Shown here piece after piece: positions 18,001-26,707 of a stretch of DNA of 36,559 bases. Position numbers and translations under genes: made by a program. Position 1 is the first letter of the stretch; each line of letters starts with the position of its first letter. Source of the DNA: Myxococcota bacterium (GTDB lineage Bacteria; Myxococcota; XYA12-FULL-58-9; JALHOP01); the NCBI GenBank assembly GCA_041288095.1, contig JBGGMJ010000083.1:1-36559 (forward strand). The letters are read 5' to 3'. The notes under the pieces were generated by a model, which was not told where the DNA came from, ran no database searches, and worked only from the letters and a program-made list of their open reading frames with translations.

Positions 18001-19966
18001 ACGGCCGCGCGACGTCGACGCCGCCATTGCCCGCGGCCTCGAAGCGATGATGTCGATCACGACGCCGTCGGGATCGTTCCGGGGCGAGTACGCCGGCACG
18101 CTGTTCCTCATCCCCTACTACGTCGGCACCTATCACATCCTCGGCGAGCCTTTGCCCGCCGAGATCCGCGACGGCTTCATTCGTTACTTGTGGAGCCAGC
18201 AGCACGAAGACGGCGGCTTCGGCCTCGACATCGAGTCACCGAGCTACGTGGTCTCGTCGGTCACCAACTACGTGGGCCTGCGGCTCATGGGTGTTCCGGC
18301 GGACGACCCGCGCATGGTCCGCTGTCGCGAGTGGTTTCTGCCGCGTGGCGGCGCCCTCAAGGCGTCGTCGTGGGGCAAGTTCCTGCTCACCATCCTCGGG
18401 GTTTACGACTACGACGGCTTGAACCCGCTGGTTCCCGAGATGTGGCTCCTGCCGCCGAAGCTGCCGCTGCATCCCTCGAACTACTGGGTGCATTGCCGCA
18501 TCGTCTATCTGCCGATGAGCTACTTGTACGCCAAGCGCTTCGTCACGCCGCTGACGTCCGTTCTGGCGGACATTCGCGAAGAGATCTATCCGACGCGCTA
18601 CGCCGACGTCGACTGGAAGAAAGCGCGCGGCGCCGTCGCGACTTCCGACGCCTATGCGCAGTACAGCAAGACGTTGATCTGGTCGTTCAAGCTGCTCGGC
18701 GCGCTCGAGCCCTACCACTCGCCAAAGCTGCGCGCTAAAGCGGTCGAGATGGTGCTCGAGCACATCCGCGTCGAGGACGAGTCGAGCGACTATTCGTGTG
18801 TCGGCCCACTCAACAAGGTGCTCAACGCCATCGTCTGGCACGTCGAGGAAGGGCCACGATGCGAGCGGGTGAGGCGCCACCTCGCGCGCATGCCCGAGTA
18901 CCTCTGGTTCGGACACGACGGCGTCAAGGTGAAGAGCTACTACTCGTCCGAGGTTTGGGATACCGCTTTCGCGGTCCAGGCGATCGACGCGGCGGGCGCT
19001 CTCGGCGCCTACCGCAAACAGCTCACCGGCGCGCAGCGCTTCCTCGAGGCGGAGCAAGTCATCGATGACGTGCCGAACGGCGCCAAGTACTTCCGCAATC
19101 CGCAACGCGGGGGTTGGGGCTTCGGCCACCGCAAGCAAGGCTGGCCGGTCACCGACTGCACCGCCGAGGCCTTGAAGGCGCTCGATATCATGCGCCCGCA
19201 TCGCCTCGAGGCACCACAGGTCCCCGATGATCGCATCGAAGCCGGCATCGACTGGATCCTGGCGATGCAAAACCCCGAGGGCGGCTTCCCAACCTACGAG
19301 CGCACGCGGGGGCCGCGCTGGCTCGAGCTCTTCAATCCCTCGGATTTCTTCGCCGAGATCATGATCGACTACAGCTACGTCGAGTGCACCTCTTCGTGCA
19401 TGCAGGCCCTTGCCCGCTATCGCGCACAGCCGGGTGTGTCGCGCAAGCGCCTCGCCCGCATCGACCAGGCCATGGCGCGCGCCGTTCGCTATCTCCTGCG
19501 CGTCCAGCGCAAAGACGGCTCGTGGGAGGGCTTCTGGGGCGTCTGCTTCACCTACGGCACCTGGTTCGCCATCGAAGGGCTGCGGGCCGCCGGCCTCTCC
19601 ACGAAACACCCGGCGATCCGCGCCGGGGCCCGCTTCTTGCGGTCGAAGCAACGCGAAGACGGTGGCTGGAGCGAATCCATCGAGAGCTCGCGGCAGCGCA
19701 ACTACGTCGAAGCCGAAACCAGCCAGACCGTGCAGACCAGCTGGGGCATCCTCGGCCTCGTCGCCGCCGGTGAAGGCGACACTGCCGCTGTACGCCGCGC
19801 CATGCAGAACCTCTGCGTCAAGCAACGCACGGACGGCGGCTGGGAGAAGGAGCACGTCGCGGGCGTGACCAACCGCAACTGCGCCATCGACTACGTCTCG
19901 TATTGGAGCGTGTTCCCGGTCTGGGCGCTCGGCGCCGGCCGCGCCGCGCAACGAGAGGCCGTGTGA
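17954..19966 (+). CDS. osc: 2,3-oxidosqualene cyclase (divergent active site)
   Basis: VTDCTAE (OSC type, not the SHC DXDD motif), WVHCRIVYLPMSY, WDTAF, YVECTS, WGVCFTYGTWF and several QxxDG(G/S)W/F repeats. Start uncertain (GTG 17930, GTG 17954 or CTG 17987). Confidence 0.93.
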   Translation: MRRWACRARCLLHSTERPRDVDAAIARGLEAMMSITTPSGSFRGEYAGTLFLIPYYVGTYHILGEPLPAEIRDGFIRYLWSQQHEDGGFGLDIESPSYVVSSVTNYVGLRLMGVPADDPRMVRCREWFLPRGGALKASSWGKFLLTILGVYDYDGLNPLVPEMWLLPPKLPLHPSNYWVHCRIVYLPMSYLYAKRFVTPLTSVLADIREEIYPTRYADVDWKKARGAVATSDAYAQYSKTLIWSFKLLGALEPYHSPKLRAKAVEMVLEHIRVEDESSDYSCVGPLNKVLNAIVWHVEEGPRCERVRRHLARMPEYLWFGHDGVKVKSYYSSEVWDTAFAVQAIDAAGALGAYRKQLTGAQRFLEAEQVIDDVPNGAKYFRNPQRGGWGFGHRKQGWPVTDCTAEALKALDIMRPHRLEAPQVPDDRIEAGIDWILAMQNPEGGFPTYERTRGPRWLELFNPSDFFAEIMIDYSYVECTSSCMQALARYRAQPGVSRKRLARIDQAMARAVRYLLRVQRKDGSWEGFWGVCFTYGTWFAIEGLRAAGLSTKHPAIRAGARFLRSKQREDGGWSESIESSRQRNYVEAETSQTVQTSWGILGLVAAGEGDTAAVRRAMQNLCVKQRTDGGWEKEHVAGVTNRNCAIDYVSYWSVFPVWALGAGRAAQREAV

Positions 19967-21081
19967 GCGGCTGGCCCGATACGCGGCTTACGGAGCTGTT
20001 CGCTATCGCGCACCCGATCCTCCAGGCCCCCATGGCCGGCGCCAGCACGCCGGAGATGGCGATCGCCGTAGGCAAGGCTGGTGGCATGGGCTCGCTGGCC
20101 TGCGCCATGCTCGGCGTCGACGAGACGCGCGCGACTCTCCGCAAGCTCGCGGAGGCCGGCGCCGGGTCGCTGAACGTCAACTTCTTCTGTCACGCGCGGC
20201 CGCGGCCCGAGGCCACGGCGCTCAGCGGCTGGGTCGACCGTTTGCGCGAGTACTACGACGAGCTCGGTCTCTCACCCGACGAGGTGCAGCCGGGCGTCGA
20301 ACGCGCGCCGTTCGACGAAGCGTATTGCGAGGTCGTCGAAGAGCTTCGCCCCAAGGTCGTCAGCTTCCACTTCGGCCTACCCGAGCAGAAGCTACTCGAT
20401 CGCTTGCGCAAGGTTGCCTGTACGATCATCGCGTCCGCTACGACGGTCGCCGAAGCGCGCTGGCTCGAGCACCGCGGCTGCGACGCCGTCATCGCCATGG
20501 GCGTCGAGGCGGGCGGCCATCGCGGTAGCTTCCTCACCCGCGACATGAGTCGTCAGGTGGGGACGATGGCGCTGGTACCCCAGGTCGTCGACGCCGTGAA
20601 GGTGCCGGTGATCGCCGCTGGCGGCATCGCCGACGCGCGCGGTATCGTCGCGGCGTTCGCCTTGGGCGCGAGCGCCGTCCAGCTCGGCACCGCCTACTTG
20701 CACACGCCGGAGGCGAAGATCTCGGCGTTTCACCGACACGCCCTGACCGCCGCCGCGGACGACAGCACCGCCGTGACCAACGTGTTCACCGGCCGGCCCG
20801 CGCGTGGCTTCGTCAATCGGCTCGTCGAGGAGGTCGGTCCCTTGAGCGATGTCGTGCCGCCCTTTCCGCTCGCGAGCGCGGCGCTGGCGCCCCTGCGCGC
20901 CGCCGCCGAAGCACGCGGTGAGTCGCACTTCACGAACCTCTGGGCCGGCCAGGCCGCGGGCCTCGGCCGGGCAGAGCCCGCCCAAGCGCTCACGGAGCGC
21001 CTCGCCCGCGAAGCGCTCGCCCACTTTTCCAGCCTCGCGATGTCGCAAAAAACGCCCAATTCAAGCGGAGCTCAGTCGTGA
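19963..21081 (+). CDS. Nitronate monooxygenase-family flavoprotein
   Basis: PILQAPMAG, NVNFFCH, VVSFHFGLP, EAGGHRG, IAAGGIAD, FTGRPARG, LWAGQA. GTGA overlap with the osc stop. Confidence 0.9.
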   Translation: MSGWPDTRLTELFAIAHPILQAPMAGASTPEMAIAVGKAGGMGSLACAMLGVDETRATLRKLAEAGAGSLNVNFFCHARPRPEATALSGWVDRLREYYDELGLSPDEVQPGVERAPFDEAYCEVVEELRPKVVSFHFGLPEQKLLDRLRKVACTIIASATTVAEARWLEHRGCDAVIAMGVEAGGHRGSFLTRDMSRQVGTMALVPQVVDAVKVPVIAAGGIADARGIVAAFALGASAVQLGTAYLHTPEAKISAFHRHALTAAADDSTAVTNVFTGRPARGFVNRLVEEVGPLSDVVPPFPLASAALAPLRAAAEARGESHFTNLWAGQAAGLGRAEPAQALTERLAREALAHFSSLAMSQKTPNSSGAQS

Positions 21082-21518
21082 CCGATGGCCAAGATCCTCG
21101 ACTCGGCCGCTGGCCAATGGCCATCGACGTCCGCGTCGCCTGGGGCGAGATGGACGCCTTCAAGCATCTGAACAACGTCATCTATGTGCGCTACATGGAG
21201 TCCGCGCGCATCGCCTACTTCGAGCGCACCGGCCTACCACTCGATGGTCTCGAGAGAGGGCCAATCCTCGTCAGTCAGACCGTCCACTATCGCAGAGCGG
21301 TGCTCTATCCCGACACCCTGAGCGTCGCGGTCACCACCATCAAGCTCGGCAACACCTCTTTCGTGAACGGCTACCGTATGGTCAACGGCAAGGGCGAATT
21401 GGTCTGCGAAGGCGAATCGACCGGCGTCTGGTTCGACTACAAGCTCGGCGCCAAGGTGCCGCTCGATGATGCGTTCCGCGCCGCCATCTACGGCCTCGAG
21501 GCAAAGGCGAAGGGATAG
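21078..21518 (+). CDS. Acyl-CoA thioesterase (4HBT/YbgC-FadM family)
   Basis: VAWGEMDAFKHLNNVIYVRYMESARI. GTGA overlap with the upstream gene. Confidence 0.9.
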   Translation: MTDGQDPRLGRWPMAIDVRVAWGEMDAFKHLNNVIYVRYMESARIAYFERTGLPLDGLERGPILVSQTVHYRRAVLYPDTLSVAVTTIKLGNTSFVNGYRMVNGKGELVCEGESTGVWFDYKLGAKVPLDDAFRAAIYGLEAKAKG

Positions 21519-21560
21519 AGCACGGTCGCGGTGCCGCTTCGACCGTACGCGCGAGGTCAG

Positions 21561-22412
21561 CTACTTGAAGACGACCGTGCGATGGCCGTTCATCATGACG
21601 CGGTGCTCGAGGTGCAGGCGCACTGCACGGGCCAAGCAGATGTTTTCGCAGTCATGGCCCACTTCGGCGAGGTCATCCGCCGACATCGTGTGGTCGACGC
21701 GCTCGACTTCTTGGTCGATGATCGGCCCCTCGTCGAGATCGCTCGTCACGTAGTGCGCGGTCGCGCCGATGAGCTTCACGCCCCGAGCGTGCGCTTGGTG
21801 GTAGGGCTTGGCGCCCTTGAAGCTCGGCAGGAACGAGTGGTGGATGTTGATGATGCGTCCGCGGAAGCGGTCACACACGGCGGGCGACAAGATCTGCATG
21901 TAGCGCGCCAGCACCACCAGGTCGACCTTCTCCTCTTCGACGAGCTGGACGAGCTGCGCTTCGGCCCGATCCTTGGTGGCCGCGCTCACCGGCCAGTAGT
22001 GGAACGGTACGTTGTGCCACGCGGCGAGCTGGTAGAAGTCGCGATGGTTCGAGACGATCGCCGGGATCTCCATGTGCAGGATACCCGCGCGGTAGCGATA
22101 GAGCAGATCGTTGAGGCAGTGTCCGATGCGCGACACGAGGATCAACACGCGTTGCTTACGCCGCGCGTCGTGTAGGCCCCAGGTCATGCCGTTCTTCACG
22201 GCAAGCTCTGCCAGGCTCTCGTTCAGCGCCGCTCTCTCGGCGTCAGTGGTCGCGCCGATGAACGACACGCGCATGAAGAAATGCCCGGTGTCGGGATCGC
22301 CGTACTGGGCACTATCGGTGATGTTGCATTGCCGCCCCGCCAAAAGACCGGTGACGGAGTGCACGATACCGATGGCGTCGGGGCAATCGAGGGTCAGAAC
22401 GTAGTCGGACAT
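21561..22412 (-). CDS. purU: Formyltetrahydrofolate deformylase
   Basis: ACT domain (CPDAIGIV), HCLNDLL, VLARYMQILS, INIHHSFLPSFKGAKPY, GATAHYVT-DLDEGPII. Confidence 0.97.
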   Translation of the reverse strand: MSDYVLTLDCPDAIGIVHSVTGLLAGRQCNITDSAQYGDPDTGHFFMRVSFIGATTDAERAALNESLAELAVKNGMTWGLHDARRKQRVLILVSRIGHCLNDLLYRYRAGILHMEIPAIVSNHRDFYQLAAWHNVPFHYWPVSAATKDRAEAQLVQLVEEEKVDLVVLARYMQILSPAVCDRFRGRIINIHHSFLPSFKGAKPYHQAHARGVKLIGATAHYVTSDLDEGPIIDQEVERVDHTMSADDLAEVGHDCENICLARAVRLHLEHRVMMNGHRTVVFK

Positions 22413-22426
22413 CACCTGCGAAAACC

Positions 22427-23719
22427 CTACGAGACCGGGGGCGACGGCGCAACCGTGCCCCGACATTCGCCAAAGCCGATGCTGGCGCGGCCCGGCGCGT
22501 GGGCGCGGCCGCGCATGATCACCGTGTCCCCGTCCTGGAGGAACAGCCGGGTCTCGCCGCTCGCGAGCTCGATGGGACTTTTCCCGCCGCCGGTGAGCTC
22601 GAGCAAGCTGCCGTAGCCGTCGGCTCGCGGCGCCGAGATGGTCCCGGTGCCGAGCAAGTCGCCCGCCTGCAGGTTGCAGCCGTTCACCGTGTGGTGCGCC
22701 ACCAGTTGCTCGACGGTCCAGTAGAGGTTCGTCGCCTCGGTGCGACTCAAGCGGTGCGGAGCCAGCTTCTTCTCGCGCATCGTCGGGGTTTCGAGGAGGA
22801 CGTCGAGGTCGATGGAGTACGCCTGACCACCCGCGAGATACGGTAGAGGAGCGGGATCACCATCGGGGCGAGGCGGCTGCGGCACGCGGTAGGGCTCCAA
22901 GGCCTCGCTCGTGACCACCCACGGGGAGACCGTGGTGATGAAGCTCTTGGCGAGAAACGGCCCGAGGGGTTGATACTCCCAGGCTTGCAGGTCGCGGGCC
23001 GACCAATCGTTCAAGAGCGACAGGCCGGCGATGTGCGCTTCAGCGGACGTGATGGGAATGCGCGAGCCGAGTTGGTTCCCAGGACCTATCCACACGCCGA
23101 GCTCGAGCTCGTAGTCGAGGCGCTGCGAGGGCCCGAAAACCGGTACGTCACCGTCAGGCGACTTTCGCTGGCCGGTCGGCCGCACCACCGGCGCGCCGCT
23201 GGGCCGCACCGAAGACGAGCGTCCGTGATAGCCGATGGGCACGTGTTTGTAGTTCGGCAGGAGCGGATTGTCTGGGCGGAAGAGCTTACCGACGTTCATC
23301 GCGTGATGGATGCCGGCGTAGAAGTCCGTGTAGTCGCCGATGAAGGTCGGTAGATGCACGATACCGTCGGCGATGGGCTTGAGCGCATCGTCGGGGGCGC
23401 GGTCGCGGCCGTTGGCCGAGAGCAGCTCGAAGACCCGCGCACGCAAGGCGCGGCGTGGTCCGGTGCCCGTCGCGAAAAGCGCGTTCAACGACTGGCCGCT
23501 CGCCATCTGAGCCGCGAGCGCCGCCTCGCCCTGGAGAAACGCGCCGTTCAGCAAACGGCCGATGTCGAGCGCCATGTCGCCGATGGCGATGACGACGCGT
23601 GGCGAGCCCGTACCGTACGAAAGTACGCCCAGCGGTAGGTTCTGGATCGGAAAATCTGGGTGACCGTTGGCGCTCGTCACCCAGCTCGTGGCTTGAGGAT
23701 CGTGCGTGGCATCAATCAT
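22427..23719 (-). CDS. fahA: Fumarylacetoacetase
   Basis: DFPIQNLPLG, GDYTDFYAGIHHA, PIGYHGRSSS, LDYELE, LNDWSARDLQAWEYQPLGPF, GFGECRG. Confidence 0.96.
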   Translation of the reverse strand: MIDATHDPQATSWVTSANGHPDFPIQNLPLGVLSYGTGSPRVVIAIGDMALDIGRLLNGAFLQGEAALAAQMASGQSLNALFATGTGPRRALRARVFELLSANGRDRAPDDALKPIADGIVHLPTFIGDYTDFYAGIHHAMNVGKLFRPDNPLLPNYKHVPIGYHGRSSSVRPSGAPVVRPTGQRKSPDGDVPVFGPSQRLDYELELGVWIGPGNQLGSRIPITSAEAHIAGLSLLNDWSARDLQAWEYQPLGPFLAKSFITTVSPWVVTSEALEPYRVPQPPRPDGDPAPLPYLAGGQAYSIDLDVLLETPTMREKKLAPHRLSRTEATNLYWTVEQLVAHHTVNGCNLQAGDLLGTGTISAPRADGYGSLLELTGGGKSPIELASGETRLFLQDGDTVIMRGRAHAPGRASIGFGECRGTVAPSPPVS

Positions 23720-23769
23720 CGCCTACCCTCTCGCACGACGGCCGGAGGCAAGCTAGGGTCCCGTTTCGA

Positions 23770-24327
23770 GTGGACGCAGCCGCAGCACAAGAGGCCGTTC
23801 TGGCCGTTGCCCGCTCTCAGGACCGGGCAGCCTTCGCGGCGTTGTTCGCGCATTTCGCGCCGCGCGTGAAAGGCTATCTCATCAAGCGTGGCGTCGAGAA
23901 CGCTTCAGCGGACGAGATCGTGCAGGACGTCATGCTGACCGTCTGGACCAAGGCGCGCTACTTCGACCCAGCGCGCGGTGGCGTCAGCACCTGGCTCTTT
24001 ACCGTCGCTCGTAACAGCCTCATCGATCGCGTCCGCCGCGAGCGTCGCCCCGAATACGACCCACTCGATCCGGCGCTCGTCGACGAGCCCGCCGGTCCCG
24101 ATGTAAACGTCGAGCGCTCGCGCTTCGCCGCGCTCCTGAAAACCGCGCTCGCCGAGCTCCCCGAGGAACAAGCGCAGGTCGTCGCGCAGGTCTACGGCGA
24201 GGGCAAGTCACTCAGCGACGTCGCCACCGCGACCAACACACCGCTCGGCACGGTCAAGACACGCATGCGTCTCGCGCTCGCGCGTTTGCGAACGCGCATG
24301 CCATCCGATGATGGAAAACCCGGCTAG
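23770..24327 (+). CDS. rpoE: ECF sigma factor, RpoE (ChrR-associated) type
   Basis: DRAAFAALFAHFAPRVK, EIVQDVMLTVW, STWLFTVARN, IDRVRR, LPEEQ, PLGTVKTRMRLA. Start GTG 23770 inferred. Confidence 0.88.
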   Translation: MDAAAAQEAVLAVARSQDRAAFAALFAHFAPRVKGYLIKRGVENASADEIVQDVMLTVWTKARYFDPARGGVSTWLFTVARNSLIDRVRRERRPEYDPLDPALVDEPAGPDVNVERSRFAALLKTALAELPEEQAQVVAQVYGEGKSLSDVATATNTPLGTVKTRMRLALARLRTRMPSDDGKPG

Positions 24328-26692
24328 CGCAGCTTCGCCGGGGCGTACCCCGCTGTCGGCGTTCGTGTCGGCTCTGCTCGTCATCGCGGCGGCACGCGCG
24401 CTGCGTGTCGGCTTGAAGGCCTGGCTCAACGTCGAGGCATTCGCGTTGCCGGCCCTGCTCCGCTTCTGGGTGTGGTACGTGCTCGCCTTCGCGTGCATCG
24501 TCGTCGCGATCGCAGGTCCACCTCGGCTGCTCCTCGAGCCCGCGCAGCGGCTCGCCGATGTGCTGGCGCGTGCGGTCGGCCGTCTTCCGCCGAGCGTGCG
24601 TCGCGCCCTCGCGTTCTGCAACCGCTACGCGCCAATCGTCGTCGTGCTCGTCATCGTCGCCCGTCGCTTCGTCGCGCGCTACGGCGTCGACTACTTCGGC
24701 ACTGACGGGCTGCTCTTCTCCCAGTTCGCCGTCGACAGCCTGCTCGAAGGCAAGAATCCCTATTCGTTGTCGATGGCTGACGCGTTCACGCGTTACGCCG
24801 CCGATCCCGCGTTCGGCACCTATCGCATCGACGGCACGCTCGTGACCGAGCTCTCCTATCCAGCTCTGTCCGTTTTGGCGTTCTTGCCGCAGCGGCTGTT
24901 GGGCGTACCGAATATCGACCTGACCTCCCTGGTGGTGCTCGCCGTCGTCTTTGTCTGGCTCGTCGCGAGGTCGCCGGCGCATCTACGGTGGTTCCCCGTC
25001 GCCATGTTGTGGGCGCAATGGGACCTCGTGAGCTTCAGCGCCGGAGGTGTCTTCGACATCCTCTGGGTGCTGCCGTTGCTCGGAAGCATGGCGTTCTTCG
25101 CGCGCGGCCGCTTGGTGTTCGCCGGCGCCCTCTTCGGCCTCGCCTGCGGCGTCAAACAGACGCCGTGGTTCGTGGCGCCCTTCTTGGTGTTGTGGCTCGC
25201 TCTGGAAAGCAAAGACACGCGCACCTGGGTCATGCGCCTCATGCGCTCGGGTGGCGCGGCGGCCGCGGCTTTCATCGTCGTCAACGCGCCGTTCATGGTG
25301 AGCGACCTGTCCGGCTGGTTGCGCGGCGTGCTGGTGCCGGTGGCCGGCGGCGCCCCGCTCGTGGAGATCGGCACGGGTCCGATCATGGCGAACATCGCCG
25401 GCGTGACTCACCTGCCGAAGGTCTTCTTCTCGCTGCTGATGGCCTGCGCCTGCGCGCTGATCGCGCTCGCCTACACGCTGTGGTTTTCGCGCTTGAAGTG
25501 GCTCGCCTTCACGGCGCCGATGATCGTGTTGTGGTTCAACTATCGGTCGCTCCAGAACTACTACATCTTCCTGCTGCCAGTCGCGTTTTTCGGTCTGCTA
25601 TTGCAGACAGATGACGTCGCCAGCGAGACACGACGTTTCCGCGCCAAGAGGCCGGCGACGGTCTTCGCGATCGCTTGTGTCGTTTGCATCGGCATGCTCG
25701 CTAGCGCCGGAGCCTGGCTCGCACCTCGCACGACGCTCGCCGCCCATGCCGAGATCCGCGGCCTGCGCGATCCCGAAGGTCTGGGCCGGGTTTCGGAGGT
25801 CGATGTCCAGCTGACCAACGACGGCACGACGGCGATCACGCCGACGTTCGGCATCGTACACTCGCGGCATCAAACGCCCGTGCACTGGACGGTTGCGACG
25901 GGACCAGAGATCCTCGCGGCCGGCGCTCAGGCGCTCTACACCCTCGCCGCGCCGATCCCGACGGCGACAGTTCCCTACCGCGCATCGATGCACCTGCGCA
26001 TCTACGACCGTGGCACCGAGCGGCGAACGGCAATCGTCCTGAAGCGCGTGCTCTCTGACCCGCCGCCGCTGATTGCGAACCCGCGGTATCGCCGATGGAG
26101 CGTCAGCCACGACGTCGGCGCGCGCGTGCCCTTCCTCTGGACCGCTCGCTTGCCCGCCCAGTTGCCCAAGGGGGCCGCGAGCTTCGAGGAGACCGAGGAC
26201 GGCATGCGCATCAGCGTCAGCGGCCAAACGTCTCGCGTCGAGCCCGGTCGCCTGGCGGTCGCCGGCATCGAACAGCAGCTGGACGGCGCCATCGAGCGGC
26301 TCCACGTCGACGCCACACCGGGCACTACGATCGACGGAGCCAAGCCCATCGATGGCCAGCCGCTCACGGGTCTCGAGCTGGTCGTTCCCCGCTACTGCCT
26401 GGCCGTGGTCTTCGCCGCACAGTCCGCCATCACGGTCGAGGACGCGCAACTCCGCGACCAGACCTGTCGTATCGTCGCCCTGCCTGCGAGCGCCGGAACG
26501 CGGCTCGCGCTGGACGTCCCTCTTCGCGAGGTCGTCGGCACGGAGTTCTTCGCCCGCTTCGAAGGTCGCCACAAACCGAAGCTACGCTTGTTCGCGGCTA
26601 TCGCGTCGGATGGGCGAGCAGCGGCCGCGTCAGTGACGTTCCATGACGTACACGCAGCTGCGCGTCACCCTTCCGAGGACGCCAGAAACTGA
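24308..26692 (+). CDS. Large integral membrane protein, GT-C-like glycosyltransferase (GT87/DUF2029-like) with an extracytoplasmic C-terminal region
   Basis: About 11-13 hydrophobic segments, GTDG...GKNPY, SYPALS and GLACGVKQTPW motifs, then a beta-rich soluble tail. Overlaps the sigma factor stop. Confidence 0.6.
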   Translation: MMENPASAASPGRTPLSAFVSALLVIAAARALRVGLKAWLNVEAFALPALLRFWVWYVLAFACIVVAIAGPPRLLLEPAQRLADVLARAVGRLPPSVRRALAFCNRYAPIVVVLVIVARRFVARYGVDYFGTDGLLFSQFAVDSLLEGKNPYSLSMADAFTRYAADPAFGTYRIDGTLVTELSYPALSVLAFLPQRLLGVPNIDLTSLVVLAVVFVWLVARSPAHLRWFPVAMLWAQWDLVSFSAGGVFDILWVLPLLGSMAFFARGRLVFAGALFGLACGVKQTPWFVAPFLVLWLALESKDTRTWVMRLMRSGGAAAAAFIVVNAPFMVSDLSGWLRGVLVPVAGGAPLVEIGTGPIMANIAGVTHLPKVFFSLLMACACALIALAYTLWFSRLKWLAFTAPMIVLWFNYRSLQNYYIFLLPVAFFGLLLQTDDVASETRRFRAKRPATVFAIACVVCIGMLASAGAWLAPRTTLAAHAEIRGLRDPEGLGRVSEVDVQLTNDGTTAITPTFGIVHSRHQTPVHWTVATGPEILAAGAQALYTLAAPIPTATVPYRASMHLRIYDRGTERRTAIVLKRVLSDPPPLIANPRYRRWSVSHDVGARVPFLWTARLPAQLPKGAASFEETEDGMRISVSGQTSRVEPGRLAVAGIEQQLDGAIERLHVDATPGTTIDGAKPIDGQPLTGLELVVPRYCLAVVFAAQSAITVEDAQLRDQTCRIVALPASAGTRLALDVPLREVVGTEFFARFEGRHKPKLRLFAAIASDGRAAAASVTFHDVHAAARHPSEDARN

Positions 26693-26707
26693 CGTCCCCG
26701 CCGGGAA

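Noticed and set aside
17954..19966. Squalene-hopene cyclase (hopanoid) interpretation
   Set aside because: The motif is DCTAE, not DXDDTA, and a squalene epoxidase is adjacent.
21561..23719. fahA-purU as part of the triterpenoid system
   Set aside because: Opposite strand, canonical housekeeping/catabolic sequences, no chemical link to the pathway.
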